25,104 nucleotides of DNA from an uncultured Myxococcales bacterium (GCA_964544375.1 CAZJCO010000001.1:1-25104); one strand, 5' to 3'. Positions 10,040 through 17,025 are shown, numbered from the stretch's first letter. The notes: generated by a model not told the origin, from the letters alone. A program made the numbers and translations.

Positions 10040-11473
10040 TCAGTTGGGGTAGACGCCAAGGAGCGGCCAGTACAGCAACACGGTTGCGTTGAATGCCAAC
10101 CAGGCGAGAACCCCCATCAGCATGCCGGGAACGATGATGTCGCGCAGGCGCAGATAGCCCGAGGAATAGGCAATTGCGTTGGCCGGCGTTCCAATCGGAA
10201 AAGCGAACGCGAGACCGGCGGGGATTGCGACGGCCGGCGCTACGACCGAGAGTTGAATGCCGACTTCTCGCGCGAGACCAATTCCGACTGGCATCATCAG
10301 TGCCACCACCGCCGAATTGCTGATTGCCTCGGTCAGGATCCAGGAGGTAAGGGACAACGCCGCGCAGACCGTGGGCGGCGACACGGCCCAGAGGCCGATG
10401 GTCCGGTCTGCGAGCCATCCTGCCGCGCCGGAGACGTCGAGCGCCTTGCCCAAGCAGATGGCGCCTCCGTACATCAAGATGATTCCCCAGTTGACGTATT
10501 CCTCTACATCCCGCCATGCTACCAACCGCAGCGCGAATAGAACTACGACGGCGAGAATCGCAACGTTGGCCAGCCCTAGCCGATGGCCGAAAAACACCCA
10601 GGTGGCGACTGTACAGAGCATGATCAGGCCGATCGCCTTTTCTTCAATCGTAGCTCGACCGAGGGCGGCAACGCGTTGACTGAGTACTTCTTCGGCCTGG
10701 CTGACGCTGTCGATGTCGATCGGAAACCAGTGCGTGATGACGCCGTAGCCGACCAACAACATCGCGCCGACGACCGGCAGGGCGTGCAAGCTCCAAGAGA
10801 GAAAAGTAAAGGAAGACTCTCCCGTCACCTGCTCGAGGATGGCCAATGCGAGGGGCGCCCTTCCTCCGCCCAGCAGGGTCGCCACGCCGCCGATCGTCGA
10901 GCCCCAGGCCATGGCGACGAAGAGGGCCTTGCCGTAGGAGCTCCGCAGCTGCCGCAGGCCGAGTACGGTGGCAATCTCGGCGACGATCGGGAAGTTCATT
11001 GCTGCCACGGCGTGCTCTGACATCCAGAACGAAAGGAACGCATTGAGGAGGAAGATCGCCACCAGTAGGCGGCGCGGCGAGTGGCCGAACCTTCTCAAAA
11101 CCAGCAGGCTGAGGCGGGTAGACAGACCCGACTTCATCAGGCAAGCCGCCAGGATGAACGCTCCGAGAATGAAAAAGACGGCCGAATTGCCGAACAGGGC
11201 GTAGGCTTCTTCAGAGCCGAGAACTCCGGTCAACGGCAGTAGGGCAATTGCCAGGAGGCTCGTAATCATCAGCGGGAGGACGCTGAGGGCCCAGAAGACC
11301 ACGCAAAGCGCGAACACGGCGAGCGCTTGCTGCCCTTGGGCGGACAGTCCGGCCGGAGTGTCCGCGCTAGCGATCCACCAGTAGATTGCGACGCCCGCCA
11401 GTAGACGTAACAGACGGTTCGAGCGAGAAAGCAGCACCAGCCACAAAGGGCGCGTATCGACGACGACGTCCAC
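10040..11473 (-). CDS. DASS/SLC13 family anion:Na+ symporter, probably for sulfate or another sulfur oxyanion
   Basis: Highly hydrophobic, with STIGGVATLLGG, ISNSA and PIGTPANAIAY motifs. Start moved to GTG 11473, just after the radical SAM stop. Substrate inferred from adjacency to sat. Confidence 0.88.
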   Translation of the reverse strand: MDVVVDTRPLWLVLLSRSNRLLRLLAGVAIYWWIASADTPAGLSAQGQQALAVFALCVVFWALSVLPLMITSLLAIALLPLTGVLGSEEAYALFGNSAVFFILGAFILAACLMKSGLSTRLSLLVLRRFGHSPRRLLVAIFLLNAFLSFWMSEHAVAAMNFPIVAEIATVLGLRQLRSSYGKALFVAMAWGSTIGGVATLLGGGRAPLALAILEQVTGESSFTFLSWSLHALPVVGAMLLVGYGVITHWFPIDIDSVSQAEEVLSQRVAALGRATIEEKAIGLIMLCTVATWVFFGHRLGLANVAILAVVVLFALRLVAWRDVEEYVNWGIILMYGGAICLGKALDVSGAAGWLADRTIGLWAVSPPTVCAALSLTSWILTEAISNSAVVALMMPVGIGLAREVGIQLSVVAPAVAIPAGLAFAFPIGTPANAIAYSSGYLRLRDIIVPGMLMGVLAWLAFNATVLLYWPLLGVYPN

Positions 11474-11477
11474 TTGC

Positions 11478-12704
11478 CTACAGTCTCGATGCGTTGAAGG
11501 AGTCGCTGACGCGCTTGACGCGAAGGCGCCGTCGGAGTTTGGACAGACCGCGTACCGCTCGGCTGCCAATCCGCGAACGGTAGAAACTGCTGACGGCGAC
11601 ATCGATGCGGGCTTCGTCTCCTGCAAAAAAGCGAGCCTCGATCGGGGTGATTGCGTAACCGAGATCCCGCATGTGCTGAACGTTGATGCGCGCCGCACGA
11701 ACCCGCTCGTAAAGATGCGCATAGAGTGGGGTAACCTGCTCGGGATCCGGCGGCGCATGATTGCGGAGCGCGGTTTCTTCGAGAGGGCGGAACAACGACA
11801 GCACGGGGACTACGCCGGAAGAGGTAAGTTCGTCGATCCCGGCGAGGGTGGATTCGACTGGTTCCAGCCCGACGATGAGATCGCTCCAGACGGTGCCGCT
11901 CGGAAAGATGCGAGCGGCGTATTCGAGTGCACACAAGTAGCGTTCGCGACCGATGAGCTGGTTGCGACCGCGACAGATCGTGGCGAGAATTTCGGGATCG
12001 AAAATTTGCAGACTGTAGCTCAGGGCGTCGACACCGGATGCATAGCAGCGGTCGATCCAGCGGTCGTCGGCGGGCGGATGCACTTGAACGGCGACGAGGG
12101 TGTCGAAATGGCGTTTGACCGCTCGTACGTAGGGTTCGAGGAACGCAAAACCACCGTCCTCCGCTTCGAAGTGCCCGGTATTGAAATACACGAACTCGGC
12201 GGCGCCCTCGTCAAACGCCGCGCGTACGACTTCCAGGACCTCCTCGATGGGCCGCGGGGCGCGTACGACGCCGTCGGTCTGCGCGAGTGTGCAGAACTGG
12301 CAACCAAGGCCACGTGCGCTGAAGCCGCATGCCGAAGCGGGATCGATCGATAGGTAACCCGCGTGGACGGTGGCGACCTGCCACATCGGCGTACCCTCGG
12401 TGGTAGTGGCGCAATAGAAGCGGGGTGGGGCGATCAGGCTTACGGGCACTTGGGTGCCGTCTTCGCTGTTGCAAAGGAAAAAAGCGTCGTTTTCGCAGTC
12501 CAGCACGTACGGTGAGTCGGCGGCCATCGGGGTTGCGATCGGACACTCGGCGATAATGTCTTGAGGCAGAATGACTTCGAGACCGCGGCTAGCGAAATCG
12601 CGCGCAGCGGAAGCCGGGTTCAGTGTGGCCAGATCCGCCAGCGCGGGCGACAGTCGGATTCCCTTGACGGCGACATCGATCTTCAGCTCAACGGGGTTAC
12701 GCAA
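11478..12704 (-). CDS. Radical SAM protein with atypical CX8CX2C motif (MSMEG_0568/NitD-like)
   Basis: CGFSARGLGCQFC at 12329-12291; TIM-barrel motifs GVDALSYSLQIFD, SDLIVGLE and VVPVLSLFRP. Start set at TTG 12704, with GAGG upstream and overlapping the preceding stop. Confidence 0.86.
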   Translation of the reverse strand: MRNPVELKIDVAVKGIRLSPALADLATLNPASAARDFASRGLEVILPQDIIAECPIATPMAADSPYVLDCENDAFFLCNSEDGTQVPVSLIAPPRFYCATTTEGTPMWQVATVHAGYLSIDPASACGFSARGLGCQFCTLAQTDGVVRAPRPIEEVLEVVRAAFDEGAAEFVYFNTGHFEAEDGGFAFLEPYVRAVKRHFDTLVAVQVHPPADDRWIDRCYASGVDALSYSLQIFDPEILATICRGRNQLIGRERYLCALEYAARIFPSGTVWSDLIVGLEPVESTLAGIDELTSSGVVPVLSLFRPLEETALRNHAPPDPEQVTPLYAHLYERVRAARINVQHMRDLGYAITPIEARFFAGDEARIDVAVSSFYRSRIGSRAVRGLSKLRRRLRVKRVSDSFNASRL

Positions 12705-13206
12705 GGGGCGCCTCGTCAGCCGGCTCTGTCGGCCGTCGTTGCCATCCGAGCAGGACGCCAATCGCCCGGGCTGCGGCATCGCAGGCAGCGATTGCGTGGA
12801 GCAAGGTCGAAACCGGGGCGCCCGCGGCCGCGCCGTCGTCGCTCTGCGAGCGATGGCACTCGGAGCGGCCCGACGACGGTGCCTTGCTTGCCGTCACGCC
12901 GCCGAGCAGCTTGCAGCCGACGATGCGGTACCAGACGATCGGAGTTCTGTCGTCGGGCCCCCGAGGGCTCAAGCTCTCTCCGTCGGGTTCGCGATCGGCG
13001 AGGATCAGGCAGTCCGCCCGGCGATCCGGTTCCCGCGTGACCTGGACGCCGGTCGCGCGAAGATATCGCTCGAGTATGTCTAGAGCTTCGGTGTGTCCCT
13101 GTAGCTCAACGATGCTGGCGAGCAGTCGCTCCTGGCCGCTGCCGCCGACTTCGGGAATGACGATCTGACGAGCGTAGCGCTCGATATCGCGTTCGGATAG
13201 AGGCAC
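12697..13206 (-). CDS. Degenerate ThiF/MoeB (E1-like) protein: keeps the N-terminal RYxRQ but lacks the ATP-binding motifs
   Basis: ERYARQIVIPEVGGSGQERLLAS matches the MoeB N-terminus. GxGxxG is replaced by GHTEAL, and SNLxRQ and the CxxC pairs are missing. The C-terminal helix (AIAACDAAARAIGVLLG) is kept. Confidence 0.75.
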   Translation of the reverse strand: MPLSERDIERYARQIVIPEVGGSGQERLLASIVELQGHTEALDILERYLRATGVQVTREPDRRADCLILADREPDGESLSPRGPDDRTPIVWYRIVGCKLLGGVTASKAPSSGRSECHRSQSDDGAAAGAPVSTLLHAIAACDAAARAIGVLLGWQRRPTEPADEAPLA

Positions 13207-13213
13207 GAGAACA

Positions 13214-13453
13214 TCACTCGATGACGTTCTTTTCGATCGGTTCGACTTTCACGCCCTGCTCGGCGATCCACGCAACGGCTTTCTCGATCTCGTCTTCGTC
13301 GCCTTCGAGTTCGAGGGCGACGATTCCGATGTGGTCCGAAATCGAGGCGCCGCGAATGTTCGTCACGACCCGGAACTTGTGCCCGACGTGGTAGATGATC
13401 GGTTCCTTGATCTGATCTTCGCTATAGGTGAGGTAAAATCGATAAATCGCCAT
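13214..13453 (-). CDS. Stand-alone NIL domain protein
   Basis: 79 aa: MAIYRFYLTY...KEPIIYHVGHKFRVVTNIRGASI...ALELEGDEDEIEKAVAWIAEQGVKVE. GAGGAG RBS before ATG 13453. Confidence 0.87.
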   Translation of the reverse strand: MAIYRFYLTYSEDQIKEPIIYHVGHKFRVVTNIRGASISDHIGIVALELEGDEDEIEKAVAWIAEQGVKVEPIEKNVIE

Positions 13454-13454
13454 G

Positions 13455-14423
13455 TCATGCTCCTCGAAACTGGGGTCGCGGCAGATCCTTCCAGCCAGCC
13501 CAAAGATTGGTCGACAGGTAGCGGTCGCCGAAATCACAGAAGATCGTGACGACGCAACCGCGTTCTAGTGTCGATGCCACTTCGAGAGCGCCCACCATGG
13601 CGGCGCCGCTCGACTGCCCAACGAGAATGCCGTCTTCGCGGGCCAGCCGGTAGACCATGTCGTAGGCGGCTTCGGTCGCCACCCCGATTTTGTGGTCGAG
13701 TTCCTCTTCGTGATAGATGCCGGGGACGATCGAGCTCTCCATATGTTTGAGGCCCTCGATGCCGTGGAATGCGTCGTCTGGTTCGACCGCCACGACCTGG
13801 ACGTGCCGGCTCTGTGATTTCAAGAAACGTCCGGTGCCCATCACCGTGCCGCCGGTTCCGATGCTGGCGACGAAGTGCGTTACGGCCCCCTTGGTCTGCT
13901 GCCAAATCTCCGGTCCGGTAGTCAGAAAGTGCGCCTCCGGATTGGCCTCGTTGAAGTACTGATCGGGCTTGAAGTAGCTATCGCGGTCGGCCTCGTAAAT
14001 CTCGCGGCAGCGCAGAAGCGCACCGTCGGATCCCTCGAGGCCGCTGGAATAGATTGCCTCGGCGCCGTAGGCGGCCAGGATGCGTTTGCGTTCGGTCGAG
14101 ACGTTGTCCGGCATGACCAGGCGAACGGGATACCCGAAGGCCGCGCCGATCATCGCCAGAGCAATGCCCGTGTTGCCCGACGTCGAGTCGAGAATCGTCT
14201 TTCCCGGCGTCAACTCTCCGGACTCGATGCCGCGACGGATCATGTTCCACGCGGGACGGTCCTTGACCGAACCGGCGGGATTGAAGCCTTCGAGCTTGGC
14301 GAACACCTCAACGTCAGGAGCAATCTCACGAGAGACGTTGCGGATGCGTACCAGCGGTGTCTTGCCGACGATGTCGAGAACACGCGGCACGCGAGTGCCG
14401 GCGATGGGGCTGGTCTCGCTCAT
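13455..14423 (-). CDS. cysM: PLP-dependent cysteine synthase family protein (CysM-like, probably carrier-thiocarboxylate dependent)
   Basis: VGKTPLV, KLEGFNPAGSVKDR (PLP lysine), STSGNTG, SIGTGGT and GQSSGA motifs. Follows the sulfur carrier gene. Confidence 0.9.
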   Translation of the reverse strand: MSETSPIAGTRVPRVLDIVGKTPLVRIRNVSREIAPDVEVFAKLEGFNPAGSVKDRPAWNMIRRGIESGELTPGKTILDSTSGNTGIALAMIGAAFGYPVRLVMPDNVSTERKRILAAYGAEAIYSSGLEGSDGALLRCREIYEADRDSYFKPDQYFNEANPEAHFLTTGPEIWQQTKGAVTHFVASIGTGGTVMGTGRFLKSQSRHVQVVAVEPDDAFHGIEGLKHMESSIVPGIYHEEELDHKIGVATEAAYDMVYRLAREDGILVGQSSGAAMVGALEVASTLERGCVVTIFCDFGDRYLSTNLWAGWKDLPRPQFRGA

Positions 14424-14491
14424 GCCTATCGCGCACCGATTTCCAAGCGATGGTTGCGTGTCGTCGCCGGCATCTTGGCGAGCTCCCGCTG

Positions 14492-14773
14492 CTAGCTGCG
14501 GCCGCCAGCGATGGCGGGAACGATCGACACCTCGTCTCCCTCTTTGACTGCGGAATCGAGATTCTCGAGAAAACGAATATCGTCACCGTTCAGATAGAGA
14601 TTGACGAAGCGCCGGACCGCACCGTCGGCGTCGCAGATTCTTTCTTTGATGCCCGGGTGCTTTTGTTCTAGGTCGTCGAGAATCGCGCCGATCGAGTTGC
14701 CGTCGACAGACACCGACTCTTGACCGCCGGTGAACTTCCTCAGCGGAGTGGGGATACGAACTTGAACTGCCAT
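14492..14773 (-). CDS. MoaD/ThiS/CysO family ubiquitin-like sulfur carrier with C-terminal GG-RS
   Basis: MAVQVRIPTPLRKFTGG...RRFVNLYLNGDDIRFL...VSIVPAIAGGRS*. AGGAGG RBS. Confidence 0.95.
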   Translation of the reverse strand: MAVQVRIPTPLRKFTGGQESVSVDGNSIGAILDDLEQKHPGIKERICDADGAVRRFVNLYLNGDDIRFLENLDSAVKEGDEVSIVPAIAGGRS

Positions 14774-14829
14774 CTACTGTTCCTCCTGATGAACGTGTCC
14801 TTATGCGCGAGGCGTTCGCGGCGCGCAAC

Positions 14830-16092
14830 TCATGCCGACGCGGCTTTCGCCGCCGCTTGATCGCTAAGTTTCCGATAGAGTTCGTCGAAATCATCGAGTT
14901 TTGCGGCAATTCGTCGGGGCTCGGCGACCGAGTCCATCACTGCCTCGAGGGTCTTGTATCCGTTCCCCGTAACACTGATTACGATCGATTCGTCCGCTGG
15001 AATCCTCCCCTGTTCGATCAGTTTCTTAGCGACCGCCACGGTGGTACCGCCCGCCGGCTCCGTGAAGATTCCTTCGGTTTCGGCAAGCAGCTTGATCCCG
15101 GCGACGATCTCTTCGTCGGTAGCCGCTTCTCCCCAGCCGCCACTGTTGCGGACCGCCTTGAGCACGTAGTAACCGTCGGCCGGGTTGCCGATGGCGATCG
15201 ACTTCGCGATCGTGTTCGGCTTTACCGGTTCGATCAAGTCGCTCTCGCGATGCAACGCGTGAACGACCGGTGCGCATCCGGCCGCCTGAGCCGTGTAGAT
15301 TTTCCACGGGCTGTCCTTTACCAGACCGACCGCGACCAGTTCTTCGAAGGCCTTGGCGACCTTGGGCAGGATCGTGCCGCCGGCGGTAGGAACCACGATG
15401 TGACGTGGAAGCTTCCACCCCAACTGCTCGGCGACTTCGAAGCCGTAGGTCTTGGCGCCTTCGGTGTAGAACGGCCGCAGATTGATGTTGGCGAATGCCC
15501 ACTGGTACTTGTCCGCGATCTCCGTGCACAGGCGGTTGACGTCGTCGTAATTGCCCGAGATCGCGACGGTCGTTGGCTGATAGACGGCCGAACCGATGAC
15601 TTTACCGCGCTCGAGATTGTCCGGAATGAAAATGAAACAGCGAAGACCAGCGCGCGCCGCATGGGCGGACACCGAGTTGGCGAGATTGCCCGTCGAGGCG
15701 CAGGAAACCGTGTCGAAACCGAACTCGATTGCTTTGGTAATTGCTACCGATACGACACGATCCTTGTAAGAAAAGGTCGGGTGGTTGACCGAATCGTCCT
15801 TGACGTAGAGCTCCTTGACCCCCAGCGCTTCTGCCAGCCGGTCCGCACGAACCAGCGGGGTGCAGCCGGAATGCAGACCGATCTTCGGCTCGCTCTCAAT
15901 CGGGAGCAACTCCCGATAACGCCATAGATTGCGCGCGCGTCCTTCGATTTTTCGCCTTGTAACGGTCGACGCGATGGCTTCGTAGTCGTAACAGACCTCC
16001 AGCGGTCCGAAGCAGAATTCGCAGACGTGATGAGGGCCCAGTTCGTAAGCCTCACCGCACTCGCGGCACTTCAATCCGGTGATCAGTGACAT
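14830..16092 (-). CDS. thrC: Threonine synthase-like PLP enzyme (fold type II) with N-terminal Zn ribbon
   Basis: CRECG...CEFC, LWRYRELLP, PTFSYKDR (PLP lysine), CASTGNLA, EGAKT, TGNGYK. Family is secure; the actual reaction is uncertain (see findings). Confidence 0.9.
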   Translation of the reverse strand: MSLITGLKCRECGEAYELGPHHVCEFCFGPLEVCYDYEAIASTVTRRKIEGRARNLWRYRELLPIESEPKIGLHSGCTPLVRADRLAEALGVKELYVKDDSVNHPTFSYKDRVVSVAITKAIEFGFDTVSCASTGNLANSVSAHAARAGLRCFIFIPDNLERGKVIGSAVYQPTTVAISGNYDDVNRLCTEIADKYQWAFANINLRPFYTEGAKTYGFEVAEQLGWKLPRHIVVPTAGGTILPKVAKAFEELVAVGLVKDSPWKIYTAQAAGCAPVVHALHRESDLIEPVKPNTIAKSIAIGNPADGYYVLKAVRNSGGWGEAATDEEIVAGIKLLAETEGIFTEPAGGTTVAVAKKLIEQGRIPADESIVISVTGNGYKTLEAVMDSVAEPRRIAAKLDDFDELYRKLSDQAAAKAASA

Positions 16093-16826
16093 GCTTCAGG
16101 CCTCCTTGCTTGCTCGCGATGCAGACGGCTGCAGCAGCGGCACCGCGGATCTCGAGGAAAATCGACCAGTCTCCAGCGCTGGCCGCGAGCTTGGTAGATC
16201 GTCAGGACACCCGGGCGCCATGCTGGATCTCCGGTCAGCGCTCGCACCGCCGAAAGCGCTTGTACGAAGCCGATGACTCCGGCAACCGGGGAGAGTATGC
16301 CGAGGCGGTCGCATCCTTCTGGAAGTTCGCTGCCGGCCTCACGCGAAGGAAAAGCACACTCGAGACAGGCCGAGCGTCCGGGGTCGATGCCCATGGCCTG
16401 TCCTGCGGTGCGCACCACGCCTCCGTAGGACATCGGCCGACCGACTTCTGTAGCGGTTGCGTTGATGAGAAACTTACTTGCCGGGTCGTCCGTGGCGTCG
16501 ATGATGAAGTCGTGGCTGCGCATCAGTTCGGCAGCGTTGCTTTGTTCGAAACGTCCGACCAGCGGCTGCAGCCGGCAGCTTCGGAACATCCCGGCCAGGG
16601 TCGCCGCCGCGGCCTCCGCCTTGGGGCGGCCGATGGCGTCGTCGTCGAACAGGATTTGTCGCTGCAGGTTCGACAACTCGACCACGTCCGCGTCGAGCAG
16701 GGTGACATGCCCCACGCCGCCGCGCGCCAGTCCGAGCGCGGCGGGACATCCGAGCGCACCGCAACCTACGACGAGTACCCGCGCCTGGGCCAGGATCTCG
16801 GCACTGTTGTCGGTCTCTGCGTACAA
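16083..16826 (-). CDS. ThiF/MoeB/HesA family E1-like adenylyltransferase lacking the N-terminal RYxRQ helix
   Basis: VLVVGCGALG, LLDADVVELSNLQRQ, GRPKA, IIDATDD, CLEC, EGCDRLG, RDPRCRCC. The track's ATG 16880 lies inside the riboswitch, so the likely start is in-frame TTG 16826 preceded by AAGAGG. Confidence 0.86.
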   Translation of the reverse strand: MYAETDNSAEILAQARVLVVGCGALGCPAALGLARGGVGHVTLLDADVVELSNLQRQILFDDDAIGRPKAEAAAATLAGMFRSCRLQPLVGRFEQSNAAELMRSHDFIIDATDDPASKFLINATATEVGRPMSYGGVVRTAGQAMGIDPGRSACLECAFPSREAGSELPEGCDRLGILSPVAGVIGFVQALSAVRALTGDPAWRPGVLTIYQARGQRWRLVDFPRDPRCRCCSRLHREQARRPEACH

Positions 16827-16859
16827 AAAAACCTCTTCCGAGAATGGCAAGGAAGAGGC
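16825..16859 (-). terminator. Intrinsic terminator of the riboswitch expression platform
   Basis: Minus strand GCCUCUUCC-uugccauucuc-GGAAGAGGU (9-bp stem), ending in a run of 7 U. Confidence 0.9.
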
Positions 16860-16873
16860 TGCTCGCTTTCCTC

Positions 16874-16990
16874 GCCTCATCTCTCGCCCTTTCGTCTCGG
16901 GCAGTAGGATTTAGCACCAGCACCCACCTAGGGGCGGGCCGGTTGCTGTGGCTTCGCAGGGCCTATTCCCTCCACCACTCTCAATAAGGC
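16874..16990 (-). ncRNA. SAM-I (S-box) riboswitch aptamer
   Basis: Minus strand GCCUUAUUGAGAGUGGUGGAGGGAAUAGGCCCUGCGAAGCCACAGCAACC...GGUGCUAAAUCC...GAUGAGGC. P1 GCCUUAU/AUGAGGC, P2 GUGGU/GCCAC with kink-turn GA pairs, P3 GCAACC/GGUGC, P4 GCCC/GGGC. The pseudoknot shows a compensatory UAG/CUA in place of the usual UGG/CCA. Confidence 0.93.
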
Positions 16991-16996
16991 AGGTGA

Positions 16997-17025
16997 AGCG
17001 TAGCTAATCGCCGGCATGGTGTCAA
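16997..17025 (-). promoter_or_regulatory. Sigma70 promoter of the riboswitch leader
   Basis: TTGACA (17025-17020), 17 nt, TACGCT (17002-16997). The aptamer begins 6 nt downstream. Confidence 0.78.

Noticed and set aside
11478-12704. Nit1C / MSMEG_0565-0572 cluster
   Set aside because: Only the radical SAM resembles it; the nitrilase, GNAT/AIR-synthase-like and flavoprotein partners are absent.
14426-14494. Programmed read-through (Sec/Pyl) of the carrier stop codon
   Set aside because: The stop is TAG, I see no supporting structure or pyl genes, and read-through would only lengthen the masking tail.
14803-15927. Long plus-strand ORF (374 aa), and similar ones at 585-1478, 4018-4920, 16086-16907 and 18509-19666
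   Set aside because: These are antisense shadows of well-supported genes, expected from GC-rich codon bias, and have no recognisable motifs.
12697-16826. Thiamine or molybdopterin biosynthesis as the role of the ThiF/MoaD-like genes
   Set aside because: There is no thiG/thiO/thiH, moaE or moaA in the window. The leader is SAM-I, not TPP or Moco, and the neighbours are amino-acid PLP enzymes.
16827-16880. ORF-track N-terminus MRRGKRAASSLPFSEEVF of the E1 protein (ATG 16880)
   Set aside because: The ATG is part of the riboswitch P1 strand and the sequence runs through the terminator; it is non-coding leader.
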